Source: Octopus sinensis
Taxonomy: Eukaryota
Length of the DNA: 64,000 nt
Assembly (NCBI RefSeq): GCF_006345805.1
Contig: NC_043000.1
Span: 84,196,001 to 84,260,000, forward strand
Direction: 5' to 3'
Under the pieces are notes generated by a model. The model was not told the origin of the DNA. It saw only the letters and a list, made by a program, of their open reading frames with translations, and did not search any database. Positions 13,876-26,669 of this stretch are shown here, in pieces; within the stretch, counting starts at the first letter, position 1; each line of letters starts with the position of its first letter. Position numbers and translations under genes: made by a program.

Positions 13876-14120
13876 CGCCCTTTTAAAGCCTAACCAGGCT
13901 CATGGGCCCGGTTTCCCGGTTTCTATGGCGTATGTGTACCCCAGCTGGACGAGACGCCAGTCCATCGCAGCGTTACTAATTTTTGCCAGCTGAGTGGACT
14001 GGAGCAACGTGAAATGAAGTGTTTTGCTCAAGAACACAACGCGTCGCCCGGTCCAGGAATCGAAACCACAATCTTACGCTCATGATGCTGACACCCTAAC
14101 CACTAAGCCATGCGCCTCCA
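13874..14120 (-). mobile_element. tRNA-derived SINE family C, full length, with (ATT)n tail
   Basis: Minus strand: TGGAGGCGCA, A box TGGCTTAGTGG, B box GGTTTCGATTCC, V-domain-like CTGCGATGGACTGGCGTCTCGTCCAG; ends in the (AAT)n tract at about 13815-13872. Confidence 0.88.
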
Positions 14121-15297
14121 CACACACACACACGTGTGTGTGTGTATAACATAGGTCCACTATAGGTAGAATCAATAAAAAGTACTCCACCCAGTGAGAG
14201 GTAAATATCGATTTAATAAACAACCGAAAGAGCTACTAATAGTTTCATGCTTTTATGATTCTTTAACTAAACATATTTATAAAATACACCATGTATTTCC
14301 AAGCAATCTTTTAAGCTCTGTTTATGCGTTATATATAAATATAAAATAAGGACGCTGGACAGTGGGAAAATAAGAAAAAAAACATGAAAATAAAACACGA
14401 GAAGAAAGAAACGAAATCAAGAAAACTAAGATCTCCTTCCTCTTTATGGCAGAGACCTCAATTAATACAGCTGGTATAGAGCAAAATAGCAGAAAATAGG
14501 TGGAGAATCGTGGAGGATCCAAGTTGCATGTTAATGGATTTCAGAAATTCGACTTATGCATAGCAGAAAGATCTTATATTTTTCTTAGATCTAACAATTC
14601 CAACGCACTGCTTAATTCCAGATCCGAAATTTTTAGTAGATATTAATATATGGACAGGTTGTTTTTTTTTTATCGAATTGGAGGACACATATTTTCTGCT
14701 ACGTTTTTGCTGATTCTACCTATATTGGATCTACAAACGATATACCTCCAATATACGTGGGTTTCTACTGCAAATTCAATTTCCACATACATGTACATAT
14801 ACACATACACAAACATTTATACAATCATACACCCATACATTCATCATTCATAAGATCATACAAATATACATACATTCACATCTGCTTATTTTCCAAGCAT
14901 ACAGTTACCGCAACCGGATTTCAGTTTTAGATTTCCAACATTAATTATTGGAACACTTGGCTACGTGACTAAATTCTTCAATACCAATCTTGAGAATACA
15001 CAATTTCAGAAAGAGCACGCCTAGTCAGAATATTACAGCTACGAGCTCTCAAGGGTACTGTCAAAATATATAAAATATTCATAAAGTTTAGCATGTAATA
15101 AGATCTACACATATAATGACATCCATAATCGTCTCCATGTGTGTGTTCACATAGGAATGTATACGTATACACTCGTGCATACATATGCATGCGCACATGA
15201 ATACCCGCATACAAAACTACCCAACTGATTTTGTCTAAATCCCCATAAAAAATATTGTTTCTTAACTTGAAACTAGTCCTAGGTTGAAAGATAACTA

Positions 15298-15570
15298 TAT
15301 ACACACATATATACATACATACATACATACATACATACATACATACATACATACATACATACATACATACATACATAGTACATACATACATAACTACAAG
15401 CATACATGAATACATAATACATACACACGTACATATTCATACACACATACGTACATACATACATACAAACATACATACATACATACATACATACATACAT
15501 ACATACATACATACATACATACATACTTACATACATACATACATACATACATGCATACATACCTACATAC
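15298..15570. repeat. (ACAT)n tetranucleotide microsatellite, interrupted
   Basis: Directly visible. Confidence 0.95.
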
Positions 15571-17240
15571 AAACATACAAAATACCTTGCTGATGTTGAA
15601 ATTCCAATAGAGGAGCCTTGAAACTAGATTAGAAGCGTCTCTTACTCTATTGGCAAGAAATCTTGAAATAAAACTGAATAATGACATATATACATACATA
15701 ATACATGCCTACAGACATGCATACTTACATACATACATGCATACATATATACCTGCATACATACGTACATACATACATGCATACACACATACATACGTAC
15801 TTACGTACATACATAAGGACAAGGTCCTTAATAGATTTCTCCCCGATCTCCGGTATCAGCTCCGCTGGAAATTGTAAGCAGAATTCTTAAACCTGACCCG
15901 CCTTATGGACAAACTGATATCATTGTGTTTTGCGTACAGCCGTGTTAGTTCTTGTCTCTCTTGCCCATTATGGCAGTAATGTCGTCTATCAAAACCAAGC
16001 AACATTAGCAGTAACACGTGTGTTTGAATCTTTATTCCCACCGATTATGTTTTTACAATCTCAAAACCAATTCCATAAGTATCTTAAAGAAAAGTGTAGA
16101 AATGGCACACTTGCTCATGATATCTATCTTTAGTGTTTCCAAATTGACTAGTCAATACAAATAATTCTAAAGTCTTTTCTTGCCTTTTTAGCAAGGTGAG
16201 TGTAGCAGCAAATAATTTCAATGCAGTTTGGCAATCGCTGGCTCTTTTCATCTATGTATCAATAGATTCAGTTAGTGCAGTATGCACTTCATGTTACTCT
16301 TACCAGCACTCATCCAGAAAACACCTTCCCTCCTACATATATGAAGATTATCCGATGGAATTGATTCTCTTGCACCGTCAGGTCCACAACAAAATGTTGG
16401 TCTTGTATTGCAAGTTATTCTTTCCTCGTCGTTGCAAATGACACGCCAACAACCTGAGGGCACCAAGTTATTGTGAATCTTGTTTGAAACGCTTTTAAGC
16501 TTTCACAGACATCTTGAGGTCTTTGCTTGTAAGATCCGAAAGACCGAAATGGACGTTACACTCAAATCAGCAGCGATTGTACGTTTAAGCATATAATGAT
16601 ATCGTAGTCTTTAAATATGTTTTAAGGAAATTGACCTCTGTTGGACAAGCAACTTTTAATGAGTCCAGAAATGGATTCAACACATATCTACTTTCTAGTC
16701 CTTTTCTAACGTACGTTCTCATCTCTTGACGTTCCTCGAATACACTTTCTTTACTTCCTTCAAAATGAATGGCATGCTTTTCTTCACTTTAATGAGTTGT
16801 TCTTTTAGCGTCTATTTTTTTTTCCGCGACTGAAATTTCTTCATCTGAAACCGGTTTTCTTGTTTCTTCTTCAGGATTACCGCAGTCTCTACAGGTCTAG
16901 TTCAGCACCTTTCATTGATTATTCTGGTAGAAGTGCTTACTTTTCTAAATGTAAAATCTTATCTTCAGCTATCTAGGCTTGGATATTGTCAATTTTCGCT
17001 GGGTTCGTAGACAACTTAGAGGGTCCTGAATACACTGAAATGATTTCTCTTTTCAGCAACTGCCAATCATCTTATGGACCATTACCGATATGTGTTGTTA
17101 TCTAGCACCACGTATCATTATTATGACATAGCTATTAACCCACTTTGAATATCCCCACCAACCCGCTATAAGCTATAGGTATCGCTATATAAGTTGTTCT
17201 TGAAGAGTTTGCTCTCTTCATCCCTTCCCCTTTCTCTCAT

Positions 17241-17286
<46 letters not shown>

Positions 17287-19138
17287 CTGATTTCATACCA
17301 TGAACCCATTTCTTCTTATGTGGAGTTGCCATGTTGCTTCCACTGTCTTTCTAGGATCTTAACTTCCCTTTCCGAGAAGACATCTCTTCTTTCCAAATCA
17401 CAACCCGACCTTTCCAAAATGTCTACTAGTTATTCCTGGCAGTCTTGTTACCACCTGTTTTACATACTATGTAGACTGCAGAACACGCATTTCACCATAT
17501 ATAAAATGAAGGTTCACAACAATTTTAGTACCTTCCAGCAGCATCGTATTCTCCCAATAATATCAATGTTACAAGAGAATATGCAAGTTCTTTGGGCCCA
17601 CACGGAATCGCACTATTCTCCTCCGTTATTCAAATAAATATATATAACCTGTACATACACTCTTATATCTATTTATAACCAACCACTTACATATGTCGTT
17701 TTTCTCTATCTGGATCTCTTTTCCTATTTTCTCCGTTCTTTTTCTCTTCGTCCATAACATTTTTATTTCTTTTACTTGACTCCTAACCCTGTATTCATTT
17801 TTCTCTCAGATAAATTATCTCAGCAATTCTTCAAATACATTGGGTGCATGTGTGTATGTGTGAGTGTGTGTGTATGTGTATGTACGCGCACACACACACA
17901 TACACACACATACATCACAAAATATCTATCATATTAACAAATACATATATTCACGTATGACCAACATGTATATATAGACACATACATACGCACGCAAACA
18001 TACTCTCTCACACACACATATGCATACATAGATTCATATATGCGTACGTACATACATACATACATACATATTTACATATAGATGCACAGTGGCTGGAACC
18101 AGTATGTGGGTAAAAGTGAGCTCGTGCACATGTGTTTATGCAAACATATAGACACGCGTGATTGTGTGTGAATGTGTGCACGTGCAATAATGGTTGTGTA
18201 TACATGTACATAATCCATCGGTTTAAAATAACACACACACACCTCCCCACACACATATGTATGCATTACATTATGTACATGTGCACACACACACATAAAT
18301 ATATGTGTGTGTGCGGGTGTGTGTATGTGTGCGTGCATTTTTTTAAATATTTATAATACAAACATACATATACATACAAACGTACACATACACATACTCA
18401 CATACATACGCACATATTCGCGCACATTTTCGTTGTCTGGCAACACAACGGTTGTCTGTGATGGTGTCTGTTTATTTTGTATCTAGTATTCATCCATTTT
18501 CTTTTTGTGTGTGTGTGTGTCGTCCTACCACTGTAACCCAACCCTCTACGACCTAACTGCATTGGTCATATTTATAATAAATCCTGCCACCACCATAAAT
18601 TGTCAGCACTTTCTCAATCGATTATCCCTCCGGGGCCGACAACATATCCATCCTAGAAGAGCTGTAATATTCTGGTTGTTGCTTGGCAACCGGTGGTGGT
18701 GGCAGCACTTGTTTGGTTTCTTGGCAATTTCGTAGGACATCCATTTATGATCCCTGGTAACTAGCTCACGTGCAAAGAAACAATACTATCAAAACTATGA
18801 TATTGATGTCGACATAGCATTAGCTGAGCGGAGATTCACTTAAGGAGGTGGGAAAATCCAATAAACACAAGCACACATACACACACACGTACATACACGC
18901 ACAAACGCCTACACGCTTGCATACACGTACACAGACATATATGCACACACGCGTACACAAACTCATACAGTCACGCGTTCCCACACACAGGTACACGAAC
19001 ACTGCCGCATGCACACAGGCTCGCATTCACACTTGCACACACACACATTCACACACAGCCACTTCTGTGCAAGTGCATGTATAGAAATATTTTTACATAT
19101 TATATATCTCTTGTATACATATGAGTTTATGAAAACAC

Positions 19139-19230
<92 letters not shown>

Positions 19231-19370
19231 GTCTGTATGTCTGTCTGCCTGTCTGTATGTCTGTCTGTCTATCTGTCTGTCTGTCTGTCTGTCTATCTGT
19301 CTGTCTATCTATCTGTCTGTATGTCTGTCTGTCTATCCATCCATTCATCCATCCATCCATCCATCCATCC

Positions 19371-19415
<45 letters not shown>

Positions 19416-19416
19416 C

Positions 19417-19476
<60 letters not shown>

Positions 19477-19481
19477 GTCTG

Positions 19482-19541
<60 letters not shown>

Positions 19542-19569
19542 CCTCTCTCTCTCTCTCTCTTTCTCTCTC

Positions 19570-19611
<42 letters not shown>

Positions 19612-19616
19612 GTCTG

Positions 19617-19668
<52 letters not shown>

Positions 19669-19685
19669 CCTCTCTCTCTCTCTCT
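19139..19685. repeat. Compound (CTAT)n/(CTGT)n/(CCAT)n/(CT)n/(TA)n microsatellite with higher-order repetition
   Basis: The block (CTAT)n-ACCT-(CT)n-(TA)n-TGTCTGT recurs nearly three times in about 19375-19685. Confidence 0.92.
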
Positions 19686-19921
19686 ACAAATACACATCTA
19701 CACACATACATACGCATACAAACACACACATTAATGTATGTGCGTGTGTTTGGTGTATGTGCGTGCATCCCTCTGCATTTGTACATATAAAGGCGAATAT
19801 ATAGGCGAATATATCTGCTAGTGTCAGTGTTTCATGAGAAAACGTATGTCTATCATTACACAATCATTATTTGAGCCTAGAGAGACGCAAAAACGTGGGT
19901 ACATCAGTGTGTGTGTGTATG

Positions 19922-19952
<31 letters not shown>

Positions 19953-20187
19953 ACTAATGCAATCATGCTATCTTAAAGGTAGTGTTTTCAACGGAGTCGT
20001 TTGTACATTTTATGGTGATTAATATGTGAATATATTTTCAAAGTATTTGTGTGTGTATGTGTGTGCGTGCGCGCGCGCGTGCGCAAATGCGTATATCACG
20101 TATTTGATACGCGATAGAGACCATAAATATATTAGAGAACCAGCGGCAGACAAACAGGGAATGACCCCAGGACTACATCTGTATCTT

Positions 20188-20235
<48 letters not shown>

Positions 20236-20351
20236 ATGTATATAATGTATATAGATGTCTTGCAAACAACATCTATATACATTATATACATATATGTGTA
20301 TATATATATGTACATATACACACACATATATATATATACATATACATATAC

Positions 20352-20384
<33 letters not shown>

Positions 20385-20419
20385 CTTATATATATATGTT
20401 TAGATATGTATATATAAGG

Positions 20420-20471
<52 letters not shown>

Positions 20472-20484
20472 GTATATATATGTA

Positions 20485-20515
<31 letters not shown>

Positions 20516-21289
20516 ACATTTGTATATGTATATATACACATATAGACGTGTGCATCTCTGTAGTATATATCTATGAATAATGTAAATTTTCAGTTTTCCA
20601 TTTCGTTTCATGGTATGGAGCGTGACACTAAGGCATGTTGATATGTTCAGATGTATAGATATACAAAAGATCCATGAATTGTTCCTGCAGTACAAGACTG
20701 TTTACTTGATTTCTGCAAGAATCGTGTATTTGTGCTTATGAAAGTTGTTTTCTAACTGATGAATAATTTCAAAGGTCTCTAATCATGGAATCAGTAAATT
20801 GCTTCGTGGGAGGTTTTCCTACTACATGTGAAGGATGACAGCATATAGAACGTGAAATAGGGGTGAAGAAGGTATCATCTGGTTTTTTTTTTTTTTTGCT
20901 TGCTTATAGTTAGATGTAACAGAAAACAGTTAATAGAACTAGAGAAAATGTGTGGGAAAGATTTTGTGGAGCACAAGAGTCAACAGAAAAGTAACATTTG
21001 TTTATGCTGCAATAGAGCAGTCTGATTTGAAAGTTTATAATCCGTGATATAAAATATAGATGTGTTCTGAAGCTAGGTACAGTGGAAGGCTAGGTACAGT
21101 GGAATATATATATATATGATATTCATGACCACAATGCTATTGTTGAAATTTTCGAAGTGTAGACATATGCATGACATGATATAAGAGAATATGTATCGAA
21201 TTGGAGTGTAACTAAATAGCACCCATTATTACGGCGAGTTGAAAGGAGAAAAAAAATTTCAAGAACATAACAATAATGGTTATATATGT

Positions 21290-21337
<48 letters not shown>

Positions 21338-21449
21338 AGGGTGGGCCATAATGATGGGAGATATTTTAAATGCTAATATCTTGGATTATAAAAATGACAT
21401 AGAGTACCAAATATATTTATTACATAACTGATACACAGAAGTTCAACAT

Positions 21450-21607
21450 AGTCGCAGAAGTCGCTGTGTGGTAAGATGCTTGCTTACCAACCACACGGCT
21501 CCCGGCTCAGTCCCACTGCGTGGCACCTTGAACAAATGTATTCTACTATGGCCTCGTGCCAACTAAAGCCTTGTGAGTGAATTTAGTGAATGGAAACAGA
21601 AAGAAGC

Positions 21608-21663
<56 letters not shown>

Positions 21664-21952
21664 CGTGACCACCGTGACCGACAAGGCTATCATATGTTGC
21701 TACACATCGTTAGTCACAATGCGCTTCGCATTATTTTAGCCTTGAAATGACGCCACCCCGCTGGCTAAGCGAGCAGGCCGACAGAAGAAAGAGTGAGAGA
21801 AAGTTGTGGCGAAAGAATACAGTAGGGATCTCCACCATTCCCTGCCGCTGCCTCGTGGAGCTTTACGTGTTTTCGCTCAATAAACACTCACAACACCCGG
21901 TCTGGGAATCGAAACCACTGGGCCATTGTGCCTCCATGTATGTATATATATA

Positions 21953-21987
<35 letters not shown>

Positions 21988-22178
21988 TTTCTGTGTCTGT
22001 GTTTACCCCCCCCCGCGCTTGACAAACAATGGTGTGTTTACTTCCCCGTAACCTAGCGGTTCGGCAAAAGAGAATAAGTTTCAGGCTTACTAAGAATAAG
22101 TCCTGGGATGGATTTGTTCGACTAAAGGCGGTGCTCCAGCATGACCGCAGTGAAATGACTGAAGCACGTAAAAGAATA
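21450..22178 (+). mobile_element. SINE family A inserted into the left TIR of the Tc1-like element
   Basis: Head GCTGTGTGGTAAG..CCAACCAC, 3' module GACTAAAGGCGGTGCTCCAGCATG, AAAAGAATA tail. Confidence 0.9.
21661..21936 (-). mobile_element. Fourth tRNA-derived SINE (D') inserted in the internal (TA)n of SINE A
   Basis: Minus strand begins TGGAGGCACAATGGCCCAGTGGTTTCGATTCCCAGACCGGG; flanked by (TA)n on both sides. Confidence 0.75.
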
Positions 22179-22231
22179 TTATCTAAGATTTTATTATTTT
22201 TTACGGGTTGTTGGTGTTGGTGACCCTCATA

Positions 22232-22497
22232 ATGTGTACTACAAAAGAAATTGCATACGTGGTCGAAGCAAACTTCACTATCCAAAGATCCATTGTGCAG
22301 CCTAAAGAAAACTCCGACAACATTTTGGAAGGCAGCATGCGTCATCCCAAATGGTGATCCTGGGTGTTTTACAAACTTCCGTGAGACAGACAATATCCAG
22401 AAGTAAAAATCTCCAGGTGCTTGATATGAGAAAGCGAGCTCGTGAATGTTCTCTCCGTGGTGGTGACCATCTCCAGGATGTAATATTCAATTCTTAG
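22232..22497 (+). pseudogene. Fused N- and C-terminal remnants of a DUF4817-HTH-type Tc1/mariner transposase, catalytic core deleted
   Basis: MCTTKEIAYVVEA..SIVQ..NFRETDNIQK*KSPG joined directly to MRKRARECSLRGGDHLQDVIFNS*. Confidence 0.7.
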
Positions 22498-22875
22498 ATT
22501 ATATGTTGAACTTCTTTATATTAGTTATGTAATAAATATATTTGGTAACAGATGTCATTTTTATAATCCAAGATTCTAGCATTAAAAATGTATCCCATCA
22601 TTATGGACCACCCTGTTTATATATTCAGTAGTTTATCTTGAAGCAGAACGTTTAGATACTTTGGACTCTGTGTCCATATTAATGTTCCTCTACTATTCTC
22701 GAGTTGTATCATAACCGTAATATTCAAATAGGTCTAAATAAATGATAAGAGTGGAACTTACATATCAACTTATTATGTAAACCACTTGAAATGTACGTAC
22801 AAAAGACATTCGAAAGATCAACAATTAGTCTGTGATAATTTTCTAACTCACACACACATACATATACATATATAT

Positions 22876-22956
<81 letters not shown>

Positions 22957-24400
22957 CAAAAGCAGACATGAATTTCACTCAAATTGTGGAAAAGTAAGAA
23001 TAAATAATATGAAGCACATCATTCTACGCTCAACAAACGACTTTACAACTCTAACACTACATTAAAGGAAAAGATATAAAATTATAATTGGAAGGTTAAG
23101 CAAAGAAATGCATTAAAACTATGTATATGTTTGTGGGTGATTGAAAGATTTAAATCACTGTCCTAGAGCAGAAGAGTGAGAAAAACAATTATATGACAGG
23201 AGAAACATATAAATTCTTTCAGAGGAAGATGGTTAAACGATATGATGTACACTTCAATTAGAATTTTAAGTAGGTTCGCATACACTTAAAATGTATTTTA
23301 CATAAATTATACTATTTCAATAAAAGAAAGAAAATTACAGCTATGAAAATCATATGAAAATCTTTAATGATATTCCTAACTATATAGCCACGTAAATAAC
23401 TTTCAGTTGATGTATATATCTGCATACTTATTTGTATACATGCATAGGCAATCAGGCTGGCTTTTCTTTCAAGGCATGTAAATTTTGAAGAATTCTTGAT
23501 TCTTGAGATTATCTCATTTGGAGTTGATGCCAATTACCACCAAGCAATTTTTTTTTTATCTCTACTGTAAGGAATTTCAATAAATCAAGAATTTATCTTG
23601 AATATTATTTAACATAACTTACTTTTTTATATATTTGATCTATCCGCTGGTCATTTAGAGTTGTTATTTTTATTTTCGTATGTATCTAAGTGTCTCGTTT
23701 TGTTGAGGCAGGCTACCTGCAAAGCTGCTGACTCCCATTGAAACAGAAGCTCGCGACGATCAAACTGCTCTTTCATTTATGGGATATTAATTTTGAAGAA
23801 GTCTTCATTCTTGAGATCTGGAGTTGATGCTCTACCATCCCTGGAAGCGAAGATAATTTCGATATATTAAGAATTTGTATTGTACGTTAGGTAATATATC
23901 CTAATTCGACTTTGCTTTTCAAATACATGCCACCGGCATTTCTTTATTATTTCTCTTGGCTCCATATATACAAGTTGAGTATAATTCTTGAGAAAATAGT
24001 TATATTTTACAGATTAAATATATGTTGAATATGTAAACGCGGTTGAATTATTTCAGAATTTTTAGATTTCATTTCATTCCAAATTTCATTCATAACACTA
24101 AAAATAATTTTTCCTCAAAGACAGACAGACTGTAATAATCGACACCACAGAACTCCTTCACATATGCCAGTAATTTTTTGAAAACATGCTTATACACTAT
24201 TATAATATATACGCAAATATATAGTTCAATAAATATTTGACTGAATGAATAGTATCCAGTAACTACACACACAATTAAATCAAGAAAAATGGTGCAGTAT
24301 ATTAAACTAGAAATGTTCGTGAAAAATGCAGACTGTAAATGAGGTATTTCAAGACTTCCTCTTAAACATGCACATTCAACAAGCATATATATATATATAT

Positions 24401-25460
24401 ATTAATAAATAAAACATATGCATATATATATAAACATATATGTACGTACCTACCTCTACATGTACATATACACGCATATATGAGTACAGGACACCAAAAA
24501 GACGTCGAACACAATGAGAAACGAAAACATAGACACAAACCCAAGGAACTGGACATTTTTTTAAACAACAAAAAAAAATAGAGTACAGGACAATTAACAC
24601 AAAGAAAAAAACCCTTCTTCAGTCGCTATGGTTTCATCTACTCTACGTTTCGAAGGTGAAAGCGAGACGTATCTTCGACAAGAAACTTTCCTTCCTGCGA
24701 AAAGCAAATCAATTAAAATTTTGAGATCTTTTCGCAGAGGGGTAAAAAATGGTAACAAAAACAGGACAGTAACGACAGTACAAATTATAAACAGTAAAAG
24801 ACAGGACAAGGAAAAACAAGATAAGAAGGGCTGTTAACGCCGAACGAAAAAAAGTATTACGAACTCGGATTTTTTTTGTGAACGACGAACGGAGCAAAAA
24901 TAATTGTCGTCCACACCTCGAGAGTGTTAGGCTAGAAAGACAGTAGCGGAAGTCTCGTCGCGGGTCAACGACGGGAGGGGGAGGAGGAGCAAGAGAAAGG
25001 GAGAGAAGAAGGGGGATGGTTGTGAGGAAACCATGAAGAATGAGAGAGGGGGAGAGAGAGAGAGTGAAGAATGAGAGAGAGGGAGAGACAACTTAAGTAG
25101 AGGAAAAGGAAATCAAAGAATGAAGGCTGAGAAAGGGATGGGACAGAAAGGTTAAGAGTGCGCATCAAAGTTAATATCAAGAACAATCTTACTTAAAAAG
25201 GGATGCGTGCGTTTCGTCATATAATAAATTAATAAATAAAACATATGCATATATATAAACATATATGTACGTACCTACCTCTACATGTACATATACACGA
25301 ATATATGAGTACCGGACGCCAAAAAGACGTCGAACACAATGAGAAACGAAAACATAGACACAAACCCAAGGAACTGGACATTTTTTTAAACAACAAAAAA
25401 ATAGAGTACAGGACAATTAACACAAAGAAAAACCCCCTTCTTCAGTCGCTATGGCTTCAT
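24401..25460 (-). mobile_element. About 1.06-kb family D element bounded by about 235-bp near-identical direct repeats (probable Penelope-like pseudo-LTR pair)
   Basis: 24401-24637 matches 25228-25460 almost base for base. (TA)n flanks both outer ends, and a PLE RT fragment lies next to it. Confidence 0.7.
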
Positions 25461-25486
25461 ATATATATATATATATATATATATTG

Positions 25487-25715
25487 GCAGAGTTAGTGTA
25501 GGTTACTTTCACGGTGTGCCGTTTAAAAGTAGCATGATACTGATTAATTTTAGGAAAACATTTGTCCAAAGCAGTAAAAAAATTTTCCAGCGATCTTGCT
25601 TGAAGCATGCGAAACGAAAATCGGGTTGAACCAGAGGACATCTTGATTCCTAAAGTTGTGGTTAGGCTTATTTGATCGAGCGTGTTGTACAGGATTGGAA
25701 CGATTTATAGTGTCA
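25487..25715 (-). pseudogene. Penelope-like element reverse transcriptase C-terminal fragment
   Basis: Across a frameshift: RNQDVLWFNPIFVSHASSKIAGKFF / FTALDKCFPKINQYHATFKRHTVKVTY, matching the PLE motif IWFNPPF..N..K.F..LIDKHFP..HK..KIFNRNTVKVSY. Confidence 0.8.
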
Positions 25716-25859
25716 CAAGTAGATAGATAGATAGATAGATACATGCATACCTACCTACCAACGTACATACATACATACATACAAATGCACAAACGATTAT
25801 ATATATATGCAAATGCTCCTTTTAAACACATGCGCACGCGCAAACACACGCACATGTAC

Positions 25860-25905
<46 letters not shown>

Positions 25906-25919
25906 ATAATATATATATA

Positions 25920-25972
<53 letters not shown>

Positions 25973-25995
25973 ATATATATATATATATATGTATA

Positions 25996-26042
<47 letters not shown>

Positions 26043-26080
26043 GTGTGTGTATGTGTGTGTGTGTTTGTGTAAATATATAT

Positions 26081-26141
26081 GCTGTGATTAGGATTCGTTG
26101 CTTTCACCCATACGGCCAGGGTTCGATTCCCGGCATGAGTA
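26081..26141 (+). pseudogene. 5'-truncated, decayed tRNA-Glu(TTC)-like sequence
   Basis: GATTAGGATT-CGTTG-CTTTCAC-CCATA-CGGC-CAGGG-TTCGATT-CCCGG-CATGAGT aligns colinearly with eukaryotic tRNA-Glu. The 5' acceptor strand is absent and the stems are mismatched. Confidence 0.7.
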
Positions 26142-26157
26142 CACTACAGCTTTCCTA

Positions 26158-26628
26158 GACGCAGGCATGCGGTAAGATATTTGCTACCAAAGCATATGGT
26201 TCGGAGTTCAGTCACATTGCATGGCATCATACACAAGTGCAAGGTGCTATGCAATAGGACTAGGCTACCCAAAGTCATGTGAGTGTATTTGGCAGACGGA
26301 AACTGAAAGAAACTTGTCATAAATGTGTGTGCGTGCCGCGTGTATGAGTGCGTGTGAGTGAGTGAGTTATTGTTTGTGTGTGTGTGTGTGCGTGCGTGCG
26401 TATGACTGTCCCCCACTACCCCTTGACAACCGGTGTTGATTTGGTTACGCCTCGTAATTACTTTTCGCCACAAGTGACCGACAGATTAAGACCCAGGCTC
26501 AAAATAAAAAAAAAGTATGTACTGGAATCGACTATTTCGACTAAAATCCTTCAAGGCACTGCCCTAGCATGGTTACTGTGCAATTACAAATGTTCTAATG
26601 GCTGAAACAACAAAATGATAAAATAATA
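26158..26628 (+). mobile_element. Old SINE family A copy
   Basis: GGTAAGATATTTGCT head, GGCAGACGGAAACTGAAAGAA, CTTGACAACCGGTG and TAATGGCTGAAACA modules. Confidence 0.75.
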
Positions 26629-26669
26629 CATGCATACATACATACATAAATATAAATAGTTGTGTGTAT

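Larger units (their letters stand above)
21335..22615 (+). mobile_element. Internally deleted Tc1/mariner-superfamily element with long (at least 115 bp) TIRs, carrying nested SINEs
   Basis: 21335-21450 is the inverted copy of 22502-22615 (CAG(A)GGGTGG(G/T)CCATAATGATGGGA...GAAGTTCAACATA). Confidence 0.88.

Noticed and set aside
15850-17640. Possible decayed Gypsy/Ginger integrase or other retroelement on the minus strand
   Set aside because: Only scattered resemblances (RVICNDEER, HNGQ.ER); no ordered catalytic motifs could be reconstructed. Needs BLASTX.
18615-18745. Minus-strand 40-aa read MDVLRNCQETKQVLPPPPVAKQQPEYY.. as a host exon
   Set aside because: In-frame stop just upstream, no convincing splice context, no recognisable domain.
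24600-24700. Permuted hammerhead in family D (minus strand CTTCGAAACG...CTGAAGAAGGG)
   Set aside because: Stem I cannot be formed and stem III is marginal, so the motif order and pairing do not satisfy any hammerhead topology.
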